From: an uncultured Flavobacteriales bacterium | GTDB taxonomy: Bacteria > Bacteroidota > Bacteroidia > Flavobacteriales_D > Crocinitomicaceae | NCBI GenBank assembly: GCA_943846635.1 | Contig: OX044359.1 | Span: 529,689 to 593,688 of the forward strand | Direction of reading: 5' to 3' | DNA: 64,000 bases | Part shown: positions 1 to 10,378 of the stretch, in pieces | Position numbering within the stretch: the first letter of the stretch is position 1 | Layout: each line of letters opens with the position of its first letter | The notes under the pieces: model-generated | Databases searched by the model: none | What the model saw: only the letters and a program-made list of their open reading frames with translations | What the model was told of the DNA's origin: nothing | Program-made: the position numbers and the translations under genes

Positions 1-683
1 TTGACTTAATTCGAAAAGTGAATGAGTCACATGAAGTTAATTTTATCAATCATGATAATGAAATGTATCCGCTTCACGGAGAAAGAAAGAAGAAAGAAAT
101 TGCTATCATATATCCAACTAGGTATTCTAAGATGGCCGATTTTCATACAGACTCAGCACTTTTTGCAACTTTCTCTTCCCCTGGTTTTTATAACAGAAAG
201 GATCCTAGAACAACAGAATTAGGGCGTTTTTATAGTTTGGAAAATGTTGAATATAGGAAAACTATTGGGACCGAATCAAAAATACACGATGAATTAAAAT
301 TGGTTTTCTCTAGAGAGAATGGCGAAGAGACACAATTCATTTTTGGAGGAATGGACTTTTCAAAGCTTCCAAAGTTAACCACTGAAGAATGTAACTCTGG
401 AAACCCCTACCCAATGGGGATAGGAAATCATCCTTTTTATGAGGATTGCGAATCCCACGAAAAGTTGTGTAGCCTAGACAACCCTTATTTTGGCGTATTA
501 TTAAACAAAGACGGAAATTGGCTGGATAGTCACAAAATTGGAATTGACGGGCCATTGTTGCACTTGGACAAAGAGAACCCTAATGTCATACACGTTTGGT
601 TACTTTCCTTCGAAAGACATGCCTTAGTGGGTCATTATGAAATTAACTTAGCCAAAGCGTCAGAAAAAACTGCGACTCTTTAA
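1..683 (+). CDS. hypothetical protein; the 5' end may lie outside the window
   Basis: The track ORF 18..683 starts at GTG, but the same frame stays open to base 3 (DLIRK upstream). No family motif recognised. Confidence 0.5.
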   Translation, partial: DLIRKVNESHEVNFINHDNEMYPLHGERKKKEIAIIYPTRYSKMADFHTDSALFATFSSPGFYNRKDPRTTELGRFYSLENVEYRKTIGTESKIHDELKLVFSRENGEETQFIFGGMDFSKLPKLTTEECNSGNPYPMGIGNHPFYEDCESHEKLCSLDNPYFGVLLNKDGNWLDSHKIGIDGPLLHLDKENPNVIHVWLLSFERHALVGHYEINLAKASEKTATL

Positions 684-713
684 AAATTTCAGGATAGATT
701 GAGTTAGATGAAA

Positions 714-1682
714 TTATATCTCGCGATCCATTAGGTAGCTAGCCAATTCCAATAACTTTCGTTTGTTGTTTTCTGGAACTTCTATTTCACTTAAGTTTTC
801 TTTGGCTTGCGAATAATAAGATTGCATTCTTTCTTTGCATGACTCTTTGACCTTCAATTGGTCAAACAACTGACGTGTGCGTTTAATTTTCAACTCAATG
901 TTCTTTTCATTATCAAGCTGCTTAAGAATCTCTCTTTGTTCTTTAGTTGCATCCGTTAATGCCGTTAAATAAAGTATTGTTTTTTTATTCGCAATCACAT
1001 CGCCACCTACTTGCTTTCCAAATTTAAGTGGGTCGGCGTACAAATCTAAAATATCATCTTGTATTTGAAATGCTATTCCGATGTTTTGACCAAAAGCATA
1101 AATATTCTTTTTGTCTTTTTCTGAAGCGTTGGCAACAATCGCCCCTATTGATAAAGCTGCTCCCAAAAGAACAGATGTTTTTAAACGAATCATTTCAACA
1201 TATTCAGCAATCGTCACGTCATGCCTAGATTCAAAATCCATATCCATCTGCTGACCTTCACACACCTCAACCGCGGTTTTACTAAAAACTTCTAAAGCTT
1301 CAGGTAATTTTTCCGCACTAATTTGACAGAGTAATTGATACGCCTTAATGATCATCACATCTCCAGACAGAATACCAACATTTGTATTCCATTTTTGATG
1401 AATTGTTGCTTGATTCCTTCTTAACGGAGCTTCATCCATAATATCATCATGCACCAATGTGAAATTGTGAAATACTTCTATAGACAACGCTTGTGAAATG
1501 GCTGATCCCTTATCACATCCGAATAATTCTGCGCCTAAAAGAGTAAGTATTGGACGAATTCGTTTCCCTCCAATATTCAAAAAATAACGAATAGGATCGT
1601 AAAGCTCTGAAGGCTTAGAAGGAAAATTAAGTTCGTTTAAACTCTTATCAATGTATGCGGTGTAATCTTTTAATTCAGTCAT
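714..1682 (-). CDS. polyprenyl diphosphate synthase (trans-isoprenyl diphosphate synthase family)
   Basis: Two Asp-rich motifs, LVHDDIMDE and FQIQDDILD. 322 aa is typical for this family. Confidence 0.9.
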   Translation of the reverse strand: MTELKDYTAYIDKSLNELNFPSKPSELYDPIRYFLNIGGKRIRPILTLLGAELFGCDKGSAISQALSIEVFHNFTLVHDDIMDEAPLRRNQATIHQKWNTNVGILSGDVMIIKAYQLLCQISAEKLPEALEVFSKTAVEVCEGQQMDMDFESRHDVTIAEYVEMIRLKTSVLLGAALSIGAIVANASEKDKKNIYAFGQNIGIAFQIQDDILDLYADPLKFGKQVGGDVIANKKTILYLTALTDATKEQREILKQLDNEKNIELKIKRTRQLFDQLKVKESCKERMQSYYSQAKENLSEIEVPENNKRKLLELASYLMDREI

Positions 1683-1715
1683 TATTAATCAATAATGTTT
1701 AGGCCTTTATTATAT

Positions 1716-4367
1716 TTAAACTTCATCAGATTCTGGAAGAATGGTTGTTTTCACTTCTAAAGTGCCCCAATCTAAATCTGATTCTTCTGCATATGCATCA
1801 AAATATGGCTCTTCAAACGACCTTGTTGTTAATCGCCTTTCTAGTGAAAGAAGTAACGTCGGTAAAATCACCAGGTTTGTAATCATTGCAACCAATAAGG
1901 TTAATGAAACTAGCATTCCTAAAGCCTGAGTTCCTCCAAACTGAGAAAATGAAAATGTTGAAAATCCACAAAAAAGAACAATAGAAGTATAAAACATCCC
2001 CAATCCTGCTTCACGAATTGCCATGATAACACATTCTTTCAAGTCCCACTGTTTCGTTTTTAGCTCTTGTCTGTATTTAGCAAGATAATGAATGGTGTCA
2101 TCCACAGATATTCCGAATGCAATACTAAATACCAATAATGTTGATGGTTTCAATGGGATTCCAAACCACCCCATAACTCCAGCTGTAAACAAAAGAGGGA
2201 TGAAATTTGGCACTAAAGAAACCAGTACCATTCTCCATGATCGAAACAAAATTGCCATTAGTATAGAAATCGCCAAAATGGCAAACAACAAACTAGTAAA
2301 GAGGTTTATCACCATGTACTTCGTACCATTAGATGCTACAATTGAAGTTCCTGTTAATGTTAAATCAAAATACTCATTATTGATTGCTTCCCTAACATTC
2401 TCAATAAAACCGGCCTTGCTATAGTATGATTTAATCAAATCTGGATCGGAATCTATCTCGAATTGAAGATCTTCATTGCCCGAGCTAAGAATTTTTGACA
2501 ATGAATTAAAAACCGCTGAGTTCTCATAAATAATTGTATCCAAATACTCAGTATTGTTTGAAGTCAAAAAAGAAGAATACAAAGCTTCTAATTTCGTTTT
2601 GTTGGGATTAAGGATTGAATCAATTTCAAGTTGCATGATATCCGCTTTATCCGAAATCTCATACGAACCAATATCTTTCATCTGCGACCGAACTCTAAGA
2701 ACATAGTTTGATGTATCAACCAATTCATTGATCGCAATCCCAGAACCTCCAGAATTAACCTCAATCGAATTGTCAAGGTACTTTTTAAGTTTACTTAAAT
2801 CTCTTGACCTTGTAACCAATCTAAATTTTGTAGAGTCATTATCATGATAAGCCATGTTCACAGCTTTCAAGAAATCTACATAAGAAATGAACTTTGCAAA
2901 TAAGGTGTCTTTTTCATAATGTTTTTGAATCGCTTCAATTTTACGGAGAGTCGTTGGTTTTGCTAATCGACTCTTTTCCTTATAATTGATCATAATTTCA
3001 AAAGGAATTGAACCTCCAAAATTATCTTGAATAAAATGAAAATCCTTAGAAATCTGATGGTCTTTCGGTAAATCTCCCGTTAAGTTTCCTGTTGCTTTAA
3101 TGCGCGTCATCCCAATGATACTCATCACCACCAAAGAAATTGTAGCAACATAAACCCATTTTCTATGGTTCAATGTAATTTCAACAAGGCTATTCAAAAG
3201 GCCGACCGCTAAATTTCTTTCTAAATGTTTTAAATGTTTCTTTTTCGGTTCTCCAGATAATGAAATAAAAATTGGAAGAACAGATATTGATATAACAAAA
3301 ACAAGAATGATATTGATCGCAGCGCATATACCGAACTGCATTAATTTAGGAGAATTCGTTGTAACAAAAGTCAAAAACCCAAGGGCAGTTGTTAGGTTCG
3401 TTAAGAATGTTGCTGTTCCAATTTTCTTGATCACACGTGTCAATGCTTTCACTTTATTTCCGTGTTCCAAAATTTCTTGGTGAAATTTGGTGATCAGAAA
3501 AATACAATTGGGTATGCCTATTACAATCATCAATGGCGGGATCAAAGCCATTATTATTGTGATATTGAAATTCAATGCGCCAATTGTTCCCATAGACCAT
3601 ATTACGGCTATACTGACAATTAACATGCATATAAAGACGACTCTGAGCGATCTAAAAAACAAATAAATGAGCAATGAAGTGATCACTATTAGTAGCCCAA
3701 TAAAGACATACATTTCTTTCAAAATTTGTTTTCCAATAACGACTCTTAAATGAGGAAGTCCAGCATATTTAGGGGCGCCAAAATAAGAACTATACGATTC
3801 TGCGACCGCTTCAACATCTAGGACTACTCTAGACTTTTTTTGATGCGAAATAAATTCTTCGTTAACAGAAATCATCATTAGTGAAATCTTCTCATCAGAA
3901 TTATAAAGCAAGCCTTCTAACAGAGGATTATTCTTAATTTCTCTCCTGATTGAGTCTATTGATTTGTCTTGAAATCGGGTGTCCGAAAAAACAGGATGAG
4001 CGTCAAATTTTTTCTCTTCCCGATTATTAGTAATACCGTATAAAGTAGCTTCAGAAATTACAGATTCGACACCGTCATATTGTAGAATTGAATCACCCAA
4101 TTCTTGCCATTTTAAAAAACGTTCTTCAGTATACAGAGAATCTGTTTGAATAGCAATAACGAGCGTTCCACCATCTTCACCAAACATAGATTTAAACCGA
4201 TCGTAATCAAGTTTAGCTTCTGCATTTTTAGGAAGAAGAATTCCATATTTATTGTCCAACTTTAAACCAGTTGCCGCATGATATGCAAAGAAAACAGTCA
4301 ACAGCGCGATTATTCCAATGATGGTAAACCTATTTCGTAAAATCAAATTCGCTAATGACTGCCACAT
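1716..4367 (-). CDS. MMPL/RND-superfamily exporter
   Basis: 883 aa with an N-terminal TM helix and two hydrophobic multi-helix blocks, each preceded by a large soluble domain. This is the architecture of the RND-superfamily exporters found beside aryl-polyene and flexirubin clusters. Confidence 0.75.
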   Translation of the reverse strand: MWQSLANLILRNRFTIIGIIALLTVFFAYHAATGLKLDNKYGILLPKNAEAKLDYDRFKSMFGEDGGTLVIAIQTDSLYTEERFLKWQELGDSILQYDGVESVISEATLYGITNNREEKKFDAHPVFSDTRFQDKSIDSIRREIKNNPLLEGLLYNSDEKISLMMISVNEEFISHQKKSRVVLDVEAVAESYSSYFGAPKYAGLPHLRVVIGKQILKEMYVFIGLLIVITSLLIYLFFRSLRVVFICMLIVSIAVIWSMGTIGALNFNITIIMALIPPLMIVIGIPNCIFLITKFHQEILEHGNKVKALTRVIKKIGTATFLTNLTTALGFLTFVTTNSPKLMQFGICAAINIILVFVISISVLPIFISLSGEPKKKHLKHLERNLAVGLLNSLVEITLNHRKWVYVATISLVVMSIIGMTRIKATGNLTGDLPKDHQISKDFHFIQDNFGGSIPFEIMINYKEKSRLAKPTTLRKIEAIQKHYEKDTLFAKFISYVDFLKAVNMAYHDNDSTKFRLVTRSRDLSKLKKYLDNSIEVNSGGSGIAINELVDTSNYVLRVRSQMKDIGSYEISDKADIMQLEIDSILNPNKTKLEALYSSFLTSNNTEYLDTIIYENSAVFNSLSKILSSGNEDLQFEIDSDPDLIKSYYSKAGFIENVREAINNEYFDLTLTGTSIVASNGTKYMVINLFTSLLFAILAISILMAILFRSWRMVLVSLVPNFIPLLFTAGVMGWFGIPLKPSTLLVFSIAFGISVDDTIHYLAKYRQELKTKQWDLKECVIMAIREAGLGMFYTSIVLFCGFSTFSFSQFGGTQALGMLVSLTLLVAMITNLVILPTLLLSLERRLTTRSFEEPYFDAYAEESDLDWGTLEVKTTILPESDEV

Positions 4368-4475
4368 GGACTTTTCAATTCTTTATTTAAGAGACAAAAA
4401 TACATTTAATTCATGAGAACAAAAACTGATTTTATATTAAGTTAAGCGAACCTATAGGAATCATTAATCAAGTCA

Positions 4476-4504
4476 CAAAAACAGAGTGTAACACGCTCTG
4501 TTTC
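4476..4504 (-). terminator. candidate rho-independent terminator downstream of the MFS gene
   Basis: 8-bp stem aaacagag / ctctgttt (4479-4486 and 4496-4503) with a 9-nt loop. It runs into a T-tract on the minus strand, about 55 nt after the stop at 4559. Confidence 0.45.
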
Positions 4505-4558
4505 AGAATTAAAATTTTCGTCCTTAGAGCACATACCTTACCACATTTCGGTGTTTTA

Positions 4559-5824
4559 CTATTCTGTAAAATCTAAATCTTTATTGTGTGTTTCTTCGAT
4601 AGTTACTGTAGAATAAAATGCAAGGGAGAAGACAATCAAACCTACTACTAGTGCCGCTGTAATTACACCATCACTAGACTGAGTGAAAAAATCTTCTTTA
4701 ATATAATTGTAAAGAATCACCATTAATGGCAGACTTCCACGCACCATATTTGGAATCGTAGTTGCTGCGGTAGCTCTTATATTTGTTCCAAACTGTTCTG
4801 CCCCCATTGTTGCAAACATTGCCCAATAACCTGTTCCTAATCCCAACCAAGCCATGAAAAAGTAATATCCATTGACTGTTTTAGCAAAACCTAACAACAA
4901 AAGAATGACCCCCAACAATGTAAATATTAACATCCAAAAAATTGCCTTCTTCCTTGAATTTAAAAGGTGACTAATAAATCCACTGGCAAAATCACCAGCT
5001 GAAATACCAATATATGCCCACATGATACAACTCCCAGGGTCTATTTCTCCATCTATACCCAACGGCACAGCAAACTGATTTCCAAAAAACGCAAAGATTC
5101 CAATACAAAACCATGTTGGCAGACCTATTGCAATGCATTTTATATACTTTATGAATCTCTCTTTATTTTGAAAAAAGGAAAGGAAATTTCCTTTTTTTAC
5201 TGAATCATCTTGCTTAATGTGATTGAACATTCCTGACTCAACAACTCCTAGTCGAAGCAATAATAAGGCTAAACCAAGCCCTCCTCCAATAAAATAAGTA
5301 ACTGTCCAATCTCCAGAAAAGCCTACCGTTAATTTTGCTACAACTGCTCCCAAAAGACCAAATCCAGCAACAAGAGAGGTTCCAATAGCACGTAATTCTT
5401 TGGGTAAAGACTCGGAAACCAATGTTATCCCGGCGCCTAATTCTCCTGCCAATCCAACTCCTGCAACGAATCTAAGAATGCAATAAAGCGTTGTTTGATC
5501 CATAAATGTGAGTTGAGGCATAAATCCACACGCTATATTTGCTAGAGAATAAACCAAAATTGATCCAAACAAAACCGTAAGCCTACCTTTTTTATCTCCA
5601 AGAACCCCCCATAGAATACCTCCTATTAGCAATCCAAACATTTGCCAATTCAAAATTAAGGACCCCACTTTCTCAGTATCCAATCCAAGTGCTTTTAGAC
5701 TTTCAACGCGAACGATACCGAAAAGTGTTAGATCATAAATATCAACGAAATAACCAAGTGCGGCAACAATTACGGGAAGGCTAAACAAGTATTTAAACTT
5801 TTGAGATATTGTGAATGAGTTCAT
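4559..5824 (-). CDS. MFS transporter
   Basis: 421 aa and about 12 hydrophobic helices. MFS loop 2-3 signature GDKKGRL. Confidence 0.85.
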   Translation of the reverse strand: MNSFTISQKFKYLFSLPVIVAALGYFVDIYDLTLFGIVRVESLKALGLDTEKVGSLILNWQMFGLLIGGILWGVLGDKKGRLTVLFGSILVYSLANIACGFMPQLTFMDQTTLYCILRFVAGVGLAGELGAGITLVSESLPKELRAIGTSLVAGFGLLGAVVAKLTVGFSGDWTVTYFIGGGLGLALLLLRLGVVESGMFNHIKQDDSVKKGNFLSFFQNKERFIKYIKCIAIGLPTWFCIGIFAFFGNQFAVPLGIDGEIDPGSCIMWAYIGISAGDFASGFISHLLNSRKKAIFWMLIFTLLGVILLLLGFAKTVNGYYFFMAWLGLGTGYWAMFATMGAEQFGTNIRATAATTIPNMVRGSLPLMVILYNYIKEDFFTQSSDGVITAALVVGLIVFSLAFYSTVTIEETHNKDLDFTE

Positions 5825-5866
5825 TCTGTAAATGTAATAAAAGAAGAATGAAAATTATTTAAAGCC

Positions 5867-6913
5867 CTATTTTTTGATGAGTACCAGGCTGTTTTCATTG
5901 CGATTGTATTGATTAAAAATCAAGACAGTATCTATTTTTTTATTGGCATCTCGCAATGGCTCCCTATAAGGGCTCATCCCTTTCTGCAGCATTGTCGCAT
6001 ACCAAAAGCCCATAGAAATTACTGAAGGATGCTCCCCAAATAGCTCTTTAAATGTAAACACATTTGACTCTGGAATTAATGCATCCTTAGCATAGTCATA
6101 CATTTCCCTATTGGAAACATCACCATTATAACCCAACATTAAAGTGTCAATTTCTTTAGGTTCAATTTTATTCTCTGAAAGAAAACCGTTTATAAATTTC
6201 TTTATTTGATTAGGTTCGGCGGAAAGGAGTGTCGCAGCATCAATTATCTCTATGCCGTCTTCATTATTACTCAGACCAAAAAATGCTGCACCTTCCCCAC
6301 AAATTGTTCCTTTGGTATTACTAGAAATGAGGTCCAACGAATTTATCTTTTCAGTTTTATAATCTCCCCTTAGTTCGTTGATTCGATAGTTATAATCCGA
6401 TATTTCTTCAACAGACCCTAATAATATTTTTGCCTCCGGTTGATCATTAATAAAGAACCCAGCATCTCTCAAGCCATCTGCAAAAGAAAACGAACCATTC
6501 ACATGAGTCATATTATACGCTTGATTACTTGTTGCCATAGCTATATTACCTGCAATAGCATTTGGTGTAGACTGCACAAAATTCGTTGGGGTCAAAGCTC
6601 CCTCTCCAAAAAAAACAATCTGCTTTAAGAACTTGATACAATCCTCAAGTCCTCCATTTGATGTTGTCAAAATAATAGCGTCAGAATTTTCAAACTTAGG
6701 GTGCTTTTTAATTAGTTTCAATCCAGCCCCTGTGCCTATTCGAACTGCCTTACCCATTCTCCTCAATTGATTCATTGGAATATAATCACGCCAAGACGGT
6801 TCAATCACCTCCAATGAATTCGTACTGCAGTTCCTTAGCTCAATTTCCTTATTTTCAACATCATCAATATGAGTTTCTTGCGGCGACACAATATAAGATG
6901 CAACTACTTTCAT
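5867..6913 (-). CDS. beta-ketoacyl synthase-like protein without the catalytic Cys (chain-length-factor-like)
   Basis: Thiolase-fold-like sequence. The segment FVQSTPNAIAG sits where the neighbouring KS has TACSSSANAI. Its start overlaps the KS stop by 4 nt. Confidence 0.7.
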   Translation of the reverse strand: MKVVASYIVSPQETHIDDVENKEIELRNCSTNSLEVIEPSWRDYIPMNQLRRMGKAVRIGTGAGLKLIKKHPKFENSDAIILTTSNGGLEDCIKFLKQIVFFGEGALTPTNFVQSTPNAIAGNIAMATSNQAYNMTHVNGSFSFADGLRDAGFFINDQPEAKILLGSVEEISDYNYRINELRGDYKTEKINSLDLISSNTKGTICGEGAAFFGLSNNEDGIEIIDAATLLSAEPNQIKKFINGFLSENKIEPKEIDTLMLGYNGDVSNREMYDYAKDALIPESNVFTFKELFGEHPSVISMGFWYATMLQKGMSPYREPLRDANKKIDTVLIFNQYNRNENSLVLIKK

Positions 6914-8109
6914 TCTTTTTTAGCGATTATTAATGAAGTACAATTGCCATTAAATCCAAAAGAATTAGACAAAGCGTATTTAACATCTTTGCTTTCCAAT
7001 AAAACTTGATTCACTTGCAAGGATTTAACCTTAAGTGGCTTCTCAACATTCAGGCTAGGATATACTTGACCTTTGTTTAAACCGATCAATGAAAAAACAC
7101 ATTCTATTGCTCCTGCAGCTCCAAGTGTATGTCCCGTATATGATTTTGAAGAATAGATAGGAGTTCCAGGCTTGAATAATTTTGAAACCGCAGTTAATTC
7201 TGCCAAATCATTATTAACGGTTCCTGTTCCATGTGCATTAATGAACCCAATGTCATCTGTACTAATTTTCGCAATTTGTATGGCTTTATTAATACAATTC
7301 ATTATACCTGATCCATCTTCATTGAGCGCTGAACTATGGAATGAATCATTAGTATTTGCCCAACCAACAATAGAACCATATTTATTTTGAGAACGAGATT
7401 GAGTTGATTTCCTCAATACTAAATATGAGGCTGCCTCTCCTAGATTAAGTCCCTCTCGATTAATATCGAAGGGTTTGCATCGATTCTTGGTAAGAATTCC
7501 TAGCGCATCAAATCCACGAATTGTAAAGCGTGAGATACAATCTACCCCTCCAACGATGGCAATGTCAACTTTGTCCTGTTCCAACATCTTTGCCCCCAAC
7601 ATAATAGCATTCGCAGAGGAAGAACAAGCCGTGTTGATCACTGAAGTGGGGCCAGTCATATTATAATAATTCACAATTTTATGAAGATGAACACTTGCAG
7701 AATAAGAATTAATAAACTCACTTGGAATATCATTTGTTGTAGCATCTTCATATAACTCCATGGTCCTGCTCATTCCTCCCACGGTACTAGCAGAAATAAA
7801 AGCCGTTCTTGGGCTTTTAAGTTCACTTGCGGTCAGCCCAGCATCTCTTATGGCATCTTGAAACGCAACTTTCGATAAAGCATCAGTTCTTGTCGTTCCA
7901 GTAGGATCATAACCTTCGCATTGAGCAATCAACTCTTCATTTGTAAGGTCAATTTTACCCAGTGGAAACTGAATGGTTTTATCGTTTTGATTTTTTGCAG
8001 CTCGATTAATTATACCTGTTTTACCATTTTCTAATGCATGTATATTCTCAGCAATTGTATTACCTATAGCTGTTATGACACCAATTCCAGAAACAACAAT
8101 ACTATTCAC
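6910..8109 (-). CDS. beta-ketoacyl-ACP synthase (KAS I/II type)
   Basis: Cys-His-His triad motifs: NTACSSSANAI, NAHGTGT, YTGHTLGAAG. Confidence 0.9.
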   Translation of the reverse strand: MNSIVVSGIGVITAIGNTIAENIHALENGKTGIINRAAKNQNDKTIQFPLGKIDLTNEELIAQCEGYDPTGTTRTDALSKVAFQDAIRDAGLTASELKSPRTAFISASTVGGMSRTMELYEDATTNDIPSEFINSYSASVHLHKIVNYYNMTGPTSVINTACSSSANAIMLGAKMLEQDKVDIAIVGGVDCISRFTIRGFDALGILTKNRCKPFDINREGLNLGEAASYLVLRKSTQSRSQNKYGSIVGWANTNDSFHSSALNEDGSGIMNCINKAIQIAKISTDDIGFINAHGTGTVNNDLAELTAVSKLFKPGTPIYSSKSYTGHTLGAAGAIECVFSLIGLNKGQVYPSLNVEKPLKVKSLQVNQVLLESKDVKYALSNSFGFNGNCTSLIIAKKE

Positions 8110-8115
8110 CTCAGC

Positions 8116-8379
8116 TTATACTTTTCCCTTTTCGAGAATATAATCTGCCATATGATTTATGTCGACTAAAACTTTTCGACCTTCTGCAGGGTTTTCTATT
8201 TTAATACTGTATTCTCGCTCGAGCAATACAACTAATTCCAAAGAATCAATAGAGTCTAGACCTAATTCAGAACCAAAAAATTCAGTGTCATCGGCAAAAT
8301 CTTCAGGAGTAACATCCATAAGATTTAAATAACTTATAATTTGCTCTTTCAGTTGGATTTTTAATTCTTCTTTTGTCAT
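8116..8379 (-). CDS. acyl carrier protein
   Basis: 87 aa, acidic. Phosphopantetheine attachment motif LGLDSIDSLEL. Confidence 0.85.
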   Translation of the reverse strand: MTKEELKIQLKEQIISYLNLMDVTPEDFADDTEFFGSELGLDSIDSLELVVLLEREYSIKIENPAEGRKVLVDINHMADYILEKGKV

Positions 8380-9656
8380 TTTGATAAAATATTAAGTTTA
8401 CGAAGTTTAAGGTATACTAATAAAAAGAACACTACGTTCATCCCAATTAACACAAGCGATGGAGATATTAAATTAGCGAATGTGCCACCTTTTAAAAATA
8501 CTGAATAGAACAATTCAATACACCAATGAAGGGGAGAAATGTTGGATAAAAGCTTAAGTAAAGGAGGCATTACAAAACTCGGAACCCAAATGCCACCGAT
8601 AGCTGCAAAAATAACAACACTAATTGCTCCGAAACCAGTTGCTTGCTCAACTGTCTTACTATAAACCCCAATCAGCAGAGAATATGAAACTGCTGTAGCA
8701 CCAGTAAGTAAAATAATCCATCCGAAAATCAATAAATTATCTGGAAAATAAAGAGTTGGTAACCCAATAAACTGAAAAAGAAATCGACTAATTGTAAAAA
8801 TTAATATTACTTGAAAAAGAGAAACAATCCAAAATAAAATCGCTTTTGACCCTATTAAATACCATACACTACTTGGCATAGTCAAAACTCGATCAAAACT
8901 TCCATTCACTTTTTCTTTAACAAAGTTTCCTGCAAGAGAAACCACCATAAAAAATACAGCAAAAATAGACCACGCCGGAACATTATGCTGACTAGCATTA
9001 GGAAAAGAACTCTCTACCTTATCCACTGATGCTTTTTGCATCAACAAATTAGATTGCTCTAGCTGTTGGTCAATATTCAAAGAGCTTGGATCAATTTCAA
9101 GTAGTTCAGAAAGTTCACTAAGAAATAAATTCGTGCTAAGCTTTTTACTTAGTGTAAATACCATCTTCTCTATCGATTGTGCATAATTACTTTGAATAAT
9201 AGGACTGTAAATCAAAGTAAGCGTAATTTTATTATCAATGACATTCTTTTTTCCGCTAGATTCTTCTAACCCCATGGACTCAAGAATACTATTTGTCTTT
9301 ATTTGGTTTTCTTCAATAATTGTAGCTGAAAAATTTTCAGATATGTGCAATCCAAATGGTGTGTCAGATCCGTTGATAGCATTGTTAAGTTCATCTATAG
9401 AAAAATCTTCTTCAACAATATTAAAAAGCTGACTTTGCTTCAAAGAAGCTACATAATCTTTACTCAATGCTTGTTTATCCTGATTCGATAAAATCAATTC
9501 TATTTGATTATTATTAACCAAGTTTAATGCGCTATTTTGTATGGTTGTAATTATTACTACCAATAATATTGGTAAAAAAACCATCATGCCTAACCCCACC
9601 TTATCATTTAATAATAAGAGAAATTCTTTGGCTATACCTGCTTTTAATTTCCTCAT
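8376..9656 (-). CDS. ABC-2 type transporter permease
   Basis: N-terminal TM helix, a large extracytoplasmic loop, then a C-terminal cluster of about 5 TM helices. The start overlaps the stop of the upstream ATPase gene by 1 nt. Confidence 0.8.
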   Translation of the reverse strand: MRKLKAGIAKEFLLLLNDKVGLGMMVFLPILLVVIITTIQNSALNLVNNNQIELILSNQDKQALSKDYVASLKQSQLFNIVEEDFSIDELNNAINGSDTPFGLHISENFSATIIEENQIKTNSILESMGLEESSGKKNVIDNKITLTLIYSPIIQSNYAQSIEKMVFTLSKKLSTNLFLSELSELLEIDPSSLNIDQQLEQSNLLMQKASVDKVESSFPNASQHNVPAWSIFAVFFMVVSLAGNFVKEKVNGSFDRVLTMPSSVWYLIGSKAILFWIVSLFQVILIFTISRFLFQFIGLPTLYFPDNLLIFGWIILLTGATAVSYSLLIGVYSKTVEQATGFGAISVVIFAAIGGIWVPSFVMPPLLKLLSNISPLHWCIELFYSVFLKGGTFANLISPSLVLIGMNVVFFLLVYLKLRKLNILSK

Positions 9657-10378
9657 TATTGATCCAGTAAAATTGATTCTAGGTTTCTTTTATTCTGATG
9701 CAGCAACACTTCTTCTAAATTGCCTGTTATTATGTTCTTCCCATCATTTAAGAGTGTGAAATTTTCACAAAAACTCTGACTTTCATTCATTTGATGTGAA
9801 GTATAAATAATTGTCTTACCCATTTGATGAAGTTCATTCAAATAGTTTAAAATATCATTTTTACTATGCACATCTATACCAACAATAGGCTCGTCAAGAA
9901 TAATTATTTCGGGTTTATGGAGCAAGCCTAAAATCAAATTCACCTTTCTTTTCATGCCCCCAGAAAAGGAACTAATTTTTTTCTTCTGATCATTTTTTAA
10001 ACCAAAAACTGAAACTAAAGAATCGTACTGTTCTTGTATCTCTATATCCGTTAGATTAAACATGGTCCCAAAGTATTTTGCGTTTTGCAACAGCGTCAAC
10101 TCTTCATAAAATGCAAAATCTTGTGGGACATAGCCAATACTCTGTTTCACCTCCACTACGTCATTCAAAGAATCATCTTTTTTATTAAAAACAACCGTTC
10201 CCGAAGTAGGCGATATCACATTACAAATGATTTTTATTAAAGTTGATTTACCTGCACCATTGGAGCCAAAAATTCCATGCTTTGTTCCAGATTTAATTTT
10301 TAAAGAGAGCTCATTTATGCTTAAACGTTCAGCTCCTTTATAAGTATGAGATATGTTTTCAACGGAAATATTCATCAA
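9656..10378 (-). CDS. ABC transporter ATP-binding protein
   Basis: Walker A GSNGAGKST, signature FSGGMKRK, Walker B IIILDEP. Confidence 0.9.
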   Translation of the reverse strand: MMNISVENISHTYKGAERLSINELSLKIKSGTKHGIFGSNGAGKSTLIKIICNVISPTSGTVVFNKKDDSLNDVVEVKQSIGYVPQDFAFYEELTLLQNAKYFGTMFNLTDIEIQEQYDSLVSVFGLKNDQKKKISSFSGGMKRKVNLILGLLHKPEIIILDEPIVGIDVHSKNDILNYLNELHQMGKTIIYTSHQMNESQSFCENFTLLNDGKNIITGNLEEVLLHQNKRNLESILLDQ

